Below are positions 19,846-29,747 of a stretch of DNA of 64,000 nucleotides, piece after piece (position 1 is the stretch's first letter; every line of letters starts with the position of its first letter). Origin of the DNA: Candidatus Adlerbacteria bacterium (lineage in GTDB: Bacteria > Patescibacteriota > Minisyncoccia > Phycocordibacterales > SBAW01); NCBI GenBank assembly GCA_026397405.1, contig JAPLUW010000001.1, forward strand, positions 239,825 through 303,824, written 5' to 3'. The position numbers and the translations under genes are program-made. The notes beneath the pieces were generated by a model. It did not search any database. It was not told where the DNA came from and saw only the letters and a program-made list of their open reading frames with translations.

Positions 19846-20927
19846 AAGCCAAAGAATGATGAAATTGCCGAACCTGCACTTTGTCCAAATACAAGCTGCA
19901 GCCGTGTGTCTGCAGCTTGTATAAGTTGGGTGGTGTTGGTATTTTGCACAGTCACACCAATGTCAGCCGCGCCACTCCCACTCCCCGTCTGGCGCAGTGT
20001 AAGCATACCCTGTGCCGCTGCAGGGCCGGTAGTTTCTTGGTCGTTTAACTGCCATGTATAGACAAGCGTTTTATTTTTTACACTGTTAGTTGCAAAAAAA
20101 TACGGCTCTGCTTGCAGCGTAATTTCTTTTTGTGCAAGTGATGCCTTGTCCCTCAACCCTTCTTCCAACAACTCTCCGCGCAGAGGGTCGCGTGCGTACA
20201 GCACCACCTGTGGCGCACTTGCAGGTATGACAATGTCCCCTCTTCCGACCGCCGAGTTGCCCGAGTATATAGTTACCGAAATATCCTCCTCTGTTTGTAG
20301 TTGGTCACCTTGGAAGGAAAATGCCGTTTTTCCCAACCCCGACGCGCTTGTGTCCGGGGTGTCGTTTCGCTTCCATTGGAAGGAAAGCTTGGCAGGGTCT
20401 ACCAGTTTGCCTCCGAGCATTACTGTAGGGAACGCTACAACGCGTAGGTTGGAACCTGCGCTGTAGAGTGGTTTGCCTACGTACAAAAGGGGTGTGTAGG
20501 TGTCTGCTTCCCATACTAGGTTGACAACCGACGGGTTAAACACAAAGTCGCGTGTCATCACCCCAAGTGTCGGCGAGTTAATGACAAGGTGGATGTACGT
20601 TACAGCACCCACCCCGCCTGTCGTAAACGTAAACGACTGTTGCCCTGCGAATGCCTCAACCACCTTGCCGTTTTCCTGCCAGGTAAGGCTGGAGTTGCCC
20701 AAAAATTGCCCAACGCCGTTTACTTCTATATTTACTAATTGGTTTGGTCCTGGGTTTTCGGGCGAGATAATAAACTGCAACGGGTCAGGCACCGCCGACT
20801 GCGCATGTGCAAGTGACGTAGTTACAAAAAAAAGTGCGAATATGCCAATGAGTAATTTATGCCGCATGTGGAATTGGAGTAGCCTCAGTAGTGTTGAAAG
20901 ATTGTCTAGGATGTCGGATACCATCAA
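19842..20927 (-). CDS. secreted protein, unknown function (T4SS-like operon)
   Basis: The signal peptide begins at the internal Met (MRHKLLIGIFALFFVTTSLAHA), so the true start is probably 20867. Overlapping start/stop with neighbours. Confidence 0.45.
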   Translation of the reverse strand: MMVSDILDNLSTLLRLLQFHMRHKLLIGIFALFFVTTSLAHAQSAVPDPLQFIISPENPGPNQLVNIEVNGVGQFLGNSSLTWQENGKVVEAFAGQQSFTFTTGGVGAVTYIHLVINSPTLGVMTRDFVFNPSVVNLVWEADTYTPLLYVGKPLYSAGSNLRVVAFPTVMLGGKLVDPAKLSFQWKRNDTPDTSASGLGKTAFSFQGDQLQTEEDISVTIYSGNSAVGRGDIVIPASAPQVVLYARDPLRGELLEEGLRDKASLAQKEITLQAEPYFFATNSVKNKTLVYTWQLNDQETTGPAAAQGMLTLRQTGSGSGAADIGVTVQNTNTTQLIQAADTRLQLVFGQSAGSAISSFFGL

Positions 20928-21564
20928 TATTTTTTAATTCGGCAGAGACCGCAGACCCTTGTCTGTCGCTTGCTGCGTTTTGTTGTACTTGCGTAGACGC
21001 ACCCTTGTCTCGCGCCATCTGCGCGGTCGCTTGGTTTATGCCCACAATGCCAAGCGCTGTGGCACCAAACACAGTTCCTGGTGCTAGTATTTTTGTAAAC
21101 GCCCCTTGTGCACCCCCTTCCAATTTTCTTTGTTCGGCTTTTTTGCGGACAACAGACATCACTGTCATCAAAGTCCACCCAGGTGCGTTGTTGAGGCCAG
21201 GTACAAGTTCCATAATTGCGCCAAAACCTGCATACCGCCCGTAAAACATGCCGCACAAACGGAGCAGTGCAACAAGGAGCAACCCTAGCGTAACGTCAAT
21301 GCACAGGTTTACGGCAATCCCAAGCCCTACACCAATAGGAATTGTATAGACTGCAAGTGCGTCAGCTGGGGTCGCCACTAACGCACCAGCAGCACCTCCT
21401 ATAAAACAACCAACCCGGTCTGCAATAGCTGCACCTAATGCGCACCCCGCAGCACCTCCTGCAAATGTCCCCGGGAATGCGCCAAATAGGAAAAAAGCAA
21501 ACGCCATAAATGCCTGTGCGCCGTCTATAAGAAGTGCAAAAGCTATAAGTGCCGCTCCCTTCAT
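20857..21564 (-). CDS. Gly/Ala-rich polytopic membrane protein (T4SS-like operon)
   Basis: Multiple TM segments and GxxxG-rich. Confidence 0.45.
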   Translation of the reverse strand: MKGAALIAFALLIDGAQAFMAFAFFLFGAFPGTFAGGAAGCALGAAIADRVGCFIGGAAGALVATPADALAVYTIPIGVGLGIAVNLCIDVTLGLLLVALLRLCGMFYGRYAGFGAIMELVPGLNNAPGWTLMTVMSVVRKKAEQRKLEGGAQGAFTKILAPGTVFGATALGIVGINQATAQMARDKGASTQVQQNAASDRQGSAVSAELKNIDGIRHPRQSFNTTEATPIPHAA

Positions 21565-21598
21565 ACGTTCTATTGTACCGCGTTTATTTTTCTACTCG

Positions 21599-23419
21599 CT
21601 ATGCTTGTGCAGCAGCATCGGCTTTTTGTTTGCGAATAGCCAGCACTTGCGAAGGGTCGGAGGTAATTATTTGGTCTTCAGTGTATGAGGCTATCACTTT
21701 TATAGCTACGTGTTTTAAGCCCGCAAAAAATATTCCCTCCCCCACGTCCGACTCGAGCAACAAGTATTTTTCTTCGTCCGAGAGGTTAAACGTTTTTTGT
21801 AAATTGTCTATGGTTGTAGGCGACTGCTTAAGAAGCAACTGTATAGACGAGTTGGTTATCATGGGTAGCCCGTAGGGTGACTTTAAAAAGTCGTCCACGT
21901 CTTGAGTAATGGTTGCAAGCCCCAAGTAATATTTGCGGCCGCGCTTTGCCATACTGTACAAAAACGAGGCGGTGTCTTCCGACTTCATCATCCACCAGGC
22001 TTCGTCTATAACCAACAAGCGTTTTTTGAGGTTTTTGCGTACCGTGTTCCATATATAGTGGGTAATAAGGTACATGGCGACGGGCTTTAGGTCGTCTTCC
22101 ATGTCGCGGACAGAAAATACAACAAACTTTTTGTTGATGTCGACGTTGGTTGGCTGGTTTATAAACCCCGACCATGTTCCTTTGGTGTACTTTGACAAGC
22201 GCTGTCCCAAAGACTCGCTGCCGTCCATGCCGGCCAACACTGTTTCAAAGTCGGAAAGCAACGGAGGTTCTATTTCTGCGAAATTTGAGTCTATAGTGAT
22301 GTCTTTAAGTGCATACGTTTCAGTAATTGCCTTGTCGATAATAGCGTCTTCTTCGGGCGAAAGGCCTCCAAGCATAATGCGGAAGAGCCCTACCAAGGCA
22401 ACAATGTTGGAGCGCAAAATGTCTGCAGGGTTTTCGTCTTCGCGGGGTATCGGCAGGTCAAAGGGGTTGATATGGTGCTCGGACGAAAGGGAGATATTAA
22501 AGTACCGCCCGCCCACTGTCTGGCTCAAAAATTCGTACTCGCGTTCGGGGTCTATGACGATAACTTCGGTGTCAAACATGAGTGTGCGTAAAATTTCGAG
22601 CTTGGTGGTGTAGCTCTTGCCCGAACCCGACTTGGCAAAAATAACTGAGTTGTAGTTTTCGAGGCTAAAGCGGTCAAAGAGCACAAGCGATGCGTTGTGG
22701 CGGTTAACGCCATACAAAATACCTTTGTCGGAGGTAAGGTCGAACGAAACAAAGGGGAAAATTGATGAAAGCGGGGACGAATTGAGTTTGGAATGTACCT
22801 GCAACTCGTCGCGACCAATAGGCAGGGTGCTTTTAAAGCCCTGCTCTTGCTGGAAGAGCGCGGGTTTTACATATATAAGGCGCGACTCGAGCATTGACTT
22901 AATCTCCGACTCGGTTTTGTCGAGCTCTTCGACTGTTTTGCCGTAGACCGTAATGTACACACCCACGTCAAATATCTTTTCCTCTGCTTGCTGCAGTTGG
23001 TCGCGCAGGTCTTCTAGGTCTTTATATGCAGTGTCTAAAATAGGGTCACGCACCAAGCCTTTTTCTTCCCGCGACATAATTTGGCTCTGTACCTCGGCCA
23101 CCTTTTTTTGGAATTTTTTCAAAATGTCTGCGGAGTCTATAGGGTGCACAAAAATAGATATGTCTAAAACGCGGTCGAGGTTAATGACCGGCGCAAACCA
23201 CGAGTCTGTTAGTGTGCGCGGGTACGACATGACAAAAAATGTGCGGGCAATTTTGTCGCCTAAGTTAATTTCCCGCGGGGTGATTTTTAAAGCACTCGGT
23301 GCAATGACATCTTGCAGTTCAAGCACGCCCTGCTTGTAAATTTGCTCGGGCATAATAGGTGCCAGAGACGATGTGCGAGGGTCGTCAGTTTTTGTTTTTA
23401 AAAAATCAAGGAGTGCCAT
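21599..23419 (-). CDS. VirB4/TrbE/CagE-family T4SS ATPase (major fragment)
   Basis: Walker A FAKSGSGKS and Walker B LLVIDEAWWMM. N-terminal FFVMSYPRTLTDSWF motif region. Confidence 0.85.
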   Translation of the reverse strand: MALLDFLKTKTDDPRTSSLAPIMPEQIYKQGVLELQDVIAPSALKITPREINLGDKIARTFFVMSYPRTLTDSWFAPVINLDRVLDISIFVHPIDSADILKKFQKKVAEVQSQIMSREEKGLVRDPILDTAYKDLEDLRDQLQQAEEKIFDVGVYITVYGKTVEELDKTESEIKSMLESRLIYVKPALFQQEQGFKSTLPIGRDELQVHSKLNSSPLSSIFPFVSFDLTSDKGILYGVNRHNASLVLFDRFSLENYNSVIFAKSGSGKSYTTKLEILRTLMFDTEVIVIDPEREYEFLSQTVGGRYFNISLSSEHHINPFDLPIPREDENPADILRSNIVALVGLFRIMLGGLSPEEDAIIDKAITETYALKDITIDSNFAEIEPPLLSDFETVLAGMDGSESLGQRLSKYTKGTWSGFINQPTNVDINKKFVVFSVRDMEDDLKPVAMYLITHYIWNTVRKNLKKRLLVIDEAWWMMKSEDTASFLYSMAKRGRKYYLGLATITQDVDDFLKSPYGLPMITNSSIQLLLKQSPTTIDNLQKTFNLSDEEKYLLLESDVGEGIFFAGLKHVAIKVIASYTEDQIITSDPSQVLAIRKQKADAAAQA

Positions 23420-23438
23420 AAGAAGTTTCTCTATACTA

Positions 23439-24107
23439 TCATTTTGCTACTTGTGTTACCTGCAGGGGTTTTTCAAGTTCGCCTGGGTTAAAGAGTTTGT
23501 AGAAGAGTTCAATAATTTCCTCTGTCCCCAACCCCACCACACGCACCCCGGTACGTATCAACCCTTGTTCTATAACCGAGACGCGTTGTTCAAGCTGGAC
23601 ACGATACTCTTCAAACTGCTCGTCTGTCAGTGCCCCACCCCCGCTCGTACCCTTTGATGGCAACAGCGCGTTTACTATGCCGGTAATACCACTGCCGCGT
23701 GCAACAAGTGCTGGGTCGTAGGGCACTACTATAAAAAAGTTTTTGGTCATAATGTTTGACCGTGCCGTAAAGTCTTTAATGAAGGCAATGTATTCTTGTA
23801 TTTGGATCTTCATCAGGTCGTCCAGTTCAGCCTTGTAACGAGCCTCCAATAAACCAATATATGGCCGGATATCGAGGTCTCGTGACTGTATAAAAAATTG
23901 TGCGCTAAATTCGAGTGAGTTAAGGAAGTTTTGGAACTGCCCAATTATCGCCGCCTGCTCATCCTGCGACTTTAAGGCTAGGTTGATAGACGATGCCATA
24001 AGCAACGACCGTAAACTGCCATCTTTTAAAATAATAATGCCGCCACGTACCTCTTGTATGGGTACAAATTCTTGTGTTGCCTGCGCTTTTACTGTGTTGT
24101 CAGCCAT
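23439..24107 (-). CDS. possible N-terminal segment of a Gram-positive-type VirB4 encoded as a separate ORF
   Basis: VPIQEVRGGIIILKDGSLRSLLMASSINLALKSQDEQAAI resembles the extreme N-terminus of PrgJ/TcpF-type VirB4, from my memory of the family. It is 19 nt and one frame away from the 606-aa ORF. Confidence 0.45.
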   Translation of the reverse strand: MADNTVKAQATQEFVPIQEVRGGIIILKDGSLRSLLMASSINLALKSQDEQAAIIGQFQNFLNSLEFSAQFFIQSRDLDIRPYIGLLEARYKAELDDLMKIQIQEYIAFIKDFTARSNIMTKNFFIVVPYDPALVARGSGITGIVNALLPSKGTSGGGALTDEQFEEYRVQLEQRVSVIEQGLIRTGVRVVGLGTEEIIELFYKLFNPGELEKPLQVTQVAK

Positions 24108-24109
24108 AA

Positions 24110-24541
24110 TTATACGTTATTTGTCTCCTTTAGAGCGGCGTGTTCTTTAATATTGAGCGACCAGGCAAGGTCTTTAAGGCGACTATCGGAAAGTTTAGGT
24201 ACGATGATAGCTGCAGGGGTACTACTTGCCGGAGTTACTACCTGCCCTTCCCCAGCAGAAGGGAGGCGTTGTTTCCACAAATACAATTTGCTGCCGACAA
24301 AATACCCAAACGCATGTTCTATGGCGTGCACAAACGGGCGGCCGTTCACTTCATAAAATGCGAGCGCCAAAGAAAAACCAACCACAGGCAATGAGAGCGT
24401 GATAGTTATATACAGTGGCAATAGGCTAAAAAAAACAAGGCAGAGTCCCCCGCCCCCGGCCAAGTAGATAAATTGCTTCAGCGTAAGAGGGCCGAATATT
24501 TTATCTTCAACTTCGATAAATTGAGGAACTTGGTAGCGCAT
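24110..24541 (-). CDS. PrgI/VirB3-like small T4SS membrane protein
   Basis: MRYQVPQFIEVEDKIFGPLTLKQFIYL is followed by two TM helices. It sits between the VirB6-like gene and VirB4, as prgI does. Confidence 0.5.
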   Translation of the reverse strand: MRYQVPQFIEVEDKIFGPLTLKQFIYLAGGGGLCLVFFSLLPLYITITLSLPVVGFSLALAFYEVNGRPFVHAIEHAFGYFVGSKLYLWKQRLPSAGEGQVVTPASSTPAAIIVPKLSDSRLKDLAWSLNIKEHAALKETNNV

Positions 24542-24584
24542 TCCCCATTAGTATATATCAGTTTCCGCATGCAGTGCGGAGTAA

Positions 24585-25157
24585 TTACTCAACCGGTTCG
24601 CGATACGGGTCGGTTTTGTATATAGGACGAGGTGCGGCAGTCGCAACTGTTTTTTCTGTGAGCATTTTTTCTGCTGTAGGCATAGAAATTGCGGGTATGA
24701 CAGGGGTAGGTGTCGGAGCACTAGGTCCATCCAGGGGAGCGGCTGTTGCAGGAATGATAGTAGGAAGTGCTGGAGCTGTGGTGACCATAGGTAAGGAAGT
24801 ACGGGGCTCTTCGGGTATGGCTTGAATTTTTTTTGTATCGGTAAAGTGTTTGAGAGCTTCACGTATAGGGGCAAACACTTCAGCACTTATCTCGCCGGCA
24901 ATTACTGCAGCATCTGCGGCTGGTATGGCAAGCTGCTCGGCAATTTGTTGGTTAAATGTGTCGGGGTCAAAAAAACCAAGCATGACAAGCATTGTTTCGT
25001 CTTCCAATTTTCCTACCTGGTCGATATGCAGGCCATGCTTTTGCCCAATAGCGCGAATATGTGTACCCATGTCAGCCGAAAGCACTGCGTCACGCACCTC
25101 TTGCGGTAATTCCGCGAGCCTTTCCTCTATTTGTGTTTTTGTTGAATTCTCTTCCAT
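24585..25157 (-). CDS. hypothetical protein with a Pro/Thr-rich C-terminus (T4SS-like operon)
   Basis: 190 aa, sits in the operon gap. Confidence 0.4.
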   Translation of the reverse strand: MEENSTKTQIEERLAELPQEVRDAVLSADMGTHIRAIGQKHGLHIDQVGKLEDETMLVMLGFFDPDTFNQQIAEQLAIPAADAAVIAGEISAEVFAPIREALKHFTDTKKIQAIPEEPRTSLPMVTTAPALPTIIPATAAPLDGPSAPTPTPVIPAISMPTAEKMLTEKTVATAAPRPIYKTDPYREPVE

Positions 25158-25180
25158 ACTGTGTCCAGATAATTTAATAA

Positions 25181-27652
25181 TTATGCCTTAGGAATATCTT
25201 TTGGCGTTGGGGGTTTTGTTGGTCCGGTCCGGCGTATTCTCTCAAGAGTGCTTCTCATTGCGGGGACATCAGCTCGATTAATTGTAGGTCTTTCATTTTG
25301 CACAGGTGCTAGGCCATTGGAATTGGTGACGAACCCTGTTCCAGCCCGGCTCTTGTCTACCGGAGTCTGGGGCCTCGTTGGATTTTTTTGTGGTTCTACT
25401 ATGGTTTGTTGCTGGGTAGACTCTCTAGATTTTTGAGTTTGTATTGAAGAGAGAGTCTTTTTCCCTTCTCTTGCCAGCCGGGTCTGTTCCTGTTCTTCAG
25501 TGAGTTGAGCTTTTTCAAGCCTGTTGGTTTCTCGCAACCTCGATGCTATTTCTCTAAAGATTGGGCTGTCTGTTATTTCAGTATTTGCTGCTGTCCCAAG
25601 GCCTCCTGGTCTTTGTGCATCTTGCCGAATAGCAGCTTTGGTTAGAGGGCTGCCTACAATTGGAGGAGTAACTACAGGAGGAGGGGTAGGGATTAATTTT
25701 TTCATGGCATCAATGGCTTCTTCTACGTCACTTTTGCCCTTTGCCATCTTGCGGACCTTTAAGGCTCCTTCAATACTACCCAGTGACGGCCCTACTGCCC
25801 TGCCCAGAATAGGGATATCTCTCGCGAAGCCCAGGTTGCCAAGGCTGTCTTCACCTATTCTCTTCTCATATCGTCCCAATCGCGCATTATCAAGTCGTTC
25901 TATTTTCTTCTTTCCGCCTTCTAAATATGGTCCCAATTGAATTTGTATGGCTTTCAGATCCGCTGCCGCTTTGTTTTTTTCCTCCGGACTAGAGGCTTGT
26001 TTAAAGAGTTCTTTGTTCATAAGTTCTGCAAGCTCCAGAGATTTCTTTTGAGTCTCAAACCCAGCTTCTCCGCCTTTGTGATTTTTCTTTAATTTCGCAA
26101 ATTCTCTCTCCGCTTTTTCTTTTTCAGCCGCAGTACTGTTCATATCCTTTGCGTTAGCCTCAACGGTTTTGGCACGGTCTGCAAATTGTTTTGCAATACC
26201 TCCCTTTCCACCGGCCTTGCCAGCATCAATGCCAACTTTGCCTAGTACTGATTTTAGGCCGGACACTCCTCGCACATCCATGCTTGCACCCGCAACCCCT
26301 TTCAGTGCTGCCATGGTCGGTCGCCCAAACACACTATTTGCCGCAAAGTCGCGCATAGTCTGGCTCCGTGCAAGAGCATTTGCGGCACGTCCCGCGGTGT
26401 TGCGTGCAGCCCAGGCCGACGTGCCCGCGCCCATTTGCGCCGCTTTGCCACCTGCCCAGCTGGCGATATTTTGCCCAGCAAGGCTGGTATGTGAGCTAAA
26501 CGAGTTCGAAAATTTAAGCGCAGCAAACATCATAATAGTAATCAACCCCACGCGCACGCCAACGCCCGCAATTATCAAGATAATAGCCTCAAAACCTTTT
26601 CCTCCTAATGCAGTATAAAAAATAGACGGTATAACCCCACCTGTTCCCGCAAGTTCTTTTAGGAACAAGGTAATTATCAAGAACATAAACAGGAATATTG
26701 CCGGGTAAAATGTTGACTCTATAAGGTGCTTTTGCCAAATCACGTACCCTTCCTTTGCGTACTTAACATGCGGCAATGCTTTTGCTGCAAACGCCAGCGG
26801 TGCAAAAATAATTACAAACCATAGCGTGATAATGCGTATCAAAAACTGTATACCAACAGAGAAAAAGACAAATGCTATCAACGCAAACATAATAGCCACA
26901 GCCGTGTATACAAGTATTTGTATACCTACAGTAGCCAAGAAACCACTAAATCCTGTTTGCTGGTTGGTAAAATTTTGAAACGATTTGTCACTGAGGAGAT
27001 TTTGTACCTGTACTGCGTTCATAATCCCAGCGCTCAAGTCTTTTATAAGTGGGTTGCCGCCCGCAAGTGGCGAGGCTCTGGTTGCGGCAATCTTTGGGTT
27101 GTTTGGGTCGCGTACATCTATAGCGTTATAAAACTGTATGGCTAAAATGTTGCCTGCGTCTATGACAATACGCGTTATAAAAAAGCTAAAGTTAATAAGC
27201 AGCGCCATAGTTACCACCATAGCCAGGGTCTTCATGGTGCCAGAGGTTTCTGCTTCGACAATTATTGTATAGGCAATGTATATAAGGATAAACACAAAGA
27301 CCAAGTTGGCTATGTCACGGACCATTGCCCACCCCTGGGAAAGGAAGTCGAGTGCATACGAGGTGCTGTTGAGCCCCAGCTGCACACCAAAATTAAATAC
27401 ATACGCACCGACATACACGAGGCCGCTTGTCCACGACACCGTAAAGATATACACAATAGATCCGATACATGTATCAACGGAGTTGCAAAAACTAGTACTG
27501 GCAGGAGGTGCACCAGCGCCTTGTGCATGCGCCACTGCCGGTGTCCCAAGCACGGCCAGTGCAGGCGAAAACACAACCACAAGCAACACAAAAGCGGTTG
27601 CAATACGTAATGCAATTTTTAGCTTTGATGAATGTAGAAATTTAGAAAGCAT
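25181..27652 (-). CDS. VirB6/TrbL/PrgH-like polytopic T4SS membrane protein with a long charged C-terminal tail
   Basis: Signal peptide, at least 6 TM in the first 400 aa, then an approx. 420-aa hydrophilic Lys/Ala/Gly-rich region. Confidence 0.55.
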   Translation of the reverse strand: MLSKFLHSSKLKIALRIATAFVLLVVVFSPALAVLGTPAVAHAQGAGAPPASTSFCNSVDTCIGSIVYIFTVSWTSGLVYVGAYVFNFGVQLGLNSTSYALDFLSQGWAMVRDIANLVFVFILIYIAYTIIVEAETSGTMKTLAMVVTMALLINFSFFITRIVIDAGNILAIQFYNAIDVRDPNNPKIAATRASPLAGGNPLIKDLSAGIMNAVQVQNLLSDKSFQNFTNQQTGFSGFLATVGIQILVYTAVAIMFALIAFVFFSVGIQFLIRIITLWFVIIFAPLAFAAKALPHVKYAKEGYVIWQKHLIESTFYPAIFLFMFLIITLFLKELAGTGGVIPSIFYTALGGKGFEAIILIIAGVGVRVGLITIMMFAALKFSNSFSSHTSLAGQNIASWAGGKAAQMGAGTSAWAARNTAGRAANALARSQTMRDFAANSVFGRPTMAALKGVAGASMDVRGVSGLKSVLGKVGIDAGKAGGKGGIAKQFADRAKTVEANAKDMNSTAAEKEKAEREFAKLKKNHKGGEAGFETQKKSLELAELMNKELFKQASSPEEKNKAAADLKAIQIQLGPYLEGGKKKIERLDNARLGRYEKRIGEDSLGNLGFARDIPILGRAVGPSLGSIEGALKVRKMAKGKSDVEEAIDAMKKLIPTPPPVVTPPIVGSPLTKAAIRQDAQRPGGLGTAANTEITDSPIFREIASRLRETNRLEKAQLTEEQEQTRLAREGKKTLSSIQTQKSRESTQQQTIVEPQKNPTRPQTPVDKSRAGTGFVTNSNGLAPVQNERPTINRADVPAMRSTLERIRRTGPTKPPTPKDIPKA

Positions 27653-29747
27653 TACATTGTTGGAGCTTTACGGCAGTTTGCTGGTTTAAGGCGTTCATTT
27701 GGCTCTGGAGTGTTGTGCGGTTTTGCTGTGCGTTGACCACGTCATTTTGTGTCGGGATTTTGCCAGAATTCCGCGTCGTGTTGTAGGTAGCCGTTACTGA
27801 ATTTACGTCTGCTGTAGAGCCTGCCGAAAGCGCCTGGCTCTGGAGTTGTTGCATAACAATAATACTATTGTTTGCTGCGGTTATGCGGTCGTTGTAGGCG
27901 TTAATTGTAACGTTCAGCGCATCAATGGTGCTCGACGCTTGTGCGGCGTTTGACTGTGCCAGGCCATATTTTGGTGATGTGCTTGCAACATTGTTCCAAC
28001 AATCAACAAGGTTGTGGAGCTGCTGTTGTGAATTTTCAATATCGCTAATGCTCCCCTGTTGTATTGATGCGTACTGTTGTATGTATGACACATCGCCTTG
28101 CATTTGTGTTAGGAGTGCCTGCCCCAGGTCTTGGGCTTGCAGTTGGTCGGGGCTGTAGAAGTTGCTGCTGTAGCCGCCTGCGCCGCTCAAGTTTGAAAGG
28201 CCCGACTGCAATGTGCGTGTAAGGAGTTGGGTAATGAGCGCACCAAGGATTTCGTCGAAGCTTTTTGCCAAGTTAAGTCCGTCGAGAGAACCATCTAAAG
28301 TTTTTGACAGAGAACTCTCGATTATCTTGCCCGGGGTTGTAGTTTTAAGGTCACAGACTCTATAGTGAGTACCTGCAGGCACTTCTATTGGTTTAACAGA
28401 TTTACCTGGTGAAGTTGCAGGTGCAGAAGTACCCACGTCTTTACAGTTGCTTTCTTCTTTAAAGTCTAAGAACCCCCCGGCTTGTAATAGGTTTGTTTGT
28501 GTTTGGCCTTTTGCCTGCGAGGTTGCCGCATTGAGGCTGACTGACGCAAACATAAATGCGCCGTAGGGGTTGTTGGTCGGCATGGTGGTAAAAGCAATCA
28601 TCCCCGCCCAGTTGCCTGAAAGGAAGTTCCCGGCCATAAAGTTGTTTATGTTTTTTATAATGCCCGTTAAGGTACAAGAGTTGGCATTACGTTGGGCGTA
28701 ACTGCTGGCTATGGCTATTTTTATCTGCAACTGGAAGGGGCTGCACAAAAACGACAATGCACTGCTTTGTATAAATGTGCCCGCTGCGTTGTCGGCAACG
28801 TTAGTAAGGAATTTGCTTGGGTCCTGTACAAACGATGGCGAGCCCTTGAAACCGGAGTTGATCCAGTTCACCACGCTGTTGGTTATTTGCTGGATAGCTA
28901 TTTTTGCAATAGTGCGGGCAATACAACCAAGAAAAGTGTTAACAGAAAATGCTCCGTTTTCGGCACCTACTCCTGCGCCTGCCGTTCCTGCAAGGGCAGT
29001 TGTTCCAGCTACTTCCGCAATCACTTGGCCAACATTTACTTCCATAACGCTAAAGGGCATAAGCGTCGCCATAGTAACTACTCCTGGAGCTTGTGCGGCA
29101 GCTGCGGTTCCGGCTGCAGTTGTAAGGCCGAGCGCTTGCATTGCAAGACTAATACCAGTCGAGGCACCGCAGACAAGTGCGCCGGCGCCAACTGCTATGG
29201 CTGCAGTGCCCGCAAGCCCAAGCCCCCCGCCACCTCCAGCCCCTTGTTGCCCATTGCCGCTGATGCCAATGTCGGGGATAACGCCCCCACCCGTTGGGTT
29301 TGAGTCGAGAATGTTGTTTATTCCTATAGGGTTAAAGACAGTGCCAGGGAAGCCACTGTTTGTAGGAGTAGCTGTTCCTGGGGCAACACCAGAAAGCCAG
29401 ATAACACCCGGCACACCGTTTACACCACCAACCACCCCACCGCCGCCGGTTGCAGTGCCAACGTTCCCAAGTTGTACGTTGGTTTGAGTTTCGGTACCTC
29501 CGTTTTGAGGAAGCGTAGTGCCTACATTGTTTGCCCCGGTAGCCCTGGTACCATTTGTACTACCTGAGTTTGCTGCCGTACCGAAGGTTCCATTTGTGGG
29601 TATTTGTGTGGGTGCCTGGCGGAAAAACCACCACCACGCAAGTAGTACGAGTGCTAGTACTGCGAGTGCGGTGAGGATGATATAAATTACTTTTCGCATG
29701 TGGTTTCTTCCCGCAGTATTTATTGTGGGGTTCCAAACAAAGCCCAC
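27642..29747 (-). CDS. large secreted Gly/Thr/Ala-rich protein with a C-terminal Gln/Asn-rich coiled region
   Basis: TM/signal at MRKVIYIILTALAVLALVLLAWWWF, so the likely start is 29699. Long low-complexity Gly tracts. Confidence 0.5.
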   Translation of the reverse strand: MGFVWNPTINTAGRNHMRKVIYIILTALAVLALVLLAWWWFFRQAPTQIPTNGTFGTAANSGSTNGTRATGANNVGTTLPQNGGTETQTNVQLGNVGTATGGGGVVGGVNGVPGVIWLSGVAPGTATPTNSGFPGTVFNPIGINNILDSNPTGGGVIPDIGISGNGQQGAGGGGGLGLAGTAAIAVGAGALVCGASTGISLAMQALGLTTAAGTAAAAQAPGVVTMATLMPFSVMEVNVGQVIAEVAGTTALAGTAGAGVGAENGAFSVNTFLGCIARTIAKIAIQQITNSVVNWINSGFKGSPSFVQDPSKFLTNVADNAAGTFIQSSALSFLCSPFQLQIKIAIASSYAQRNANSCTLTGIIKNINNFMAGNFLSGNWAGMIAFTTMPTNNPYGAFMFASVSLNAATSQAKGQTQTNLLQAGGFLDFKEESNCKDVGTSAPATSPGKSVKPIEVPAGTHYRVCDLKTTTPGKIIESSLSKTLDGSLDGLNLAKSFDEILGALITQLLTRTLQSGLSNLSGAGGYSSNFYSPDQLQAQDLGQALLTQMQGDVSYIQQYASIQQGSISDIENSQQQLHNLVDCWNNVASTSPKYGLAQSNAAQASSTIDALNVTINAYNDRITAANNSIIVMQQLQSQALSAGSTADVNSVTATYNTTRNSGKIPTQNDVVNAQQNRTTLQSQMNALNQQTAVKLQQCNAF

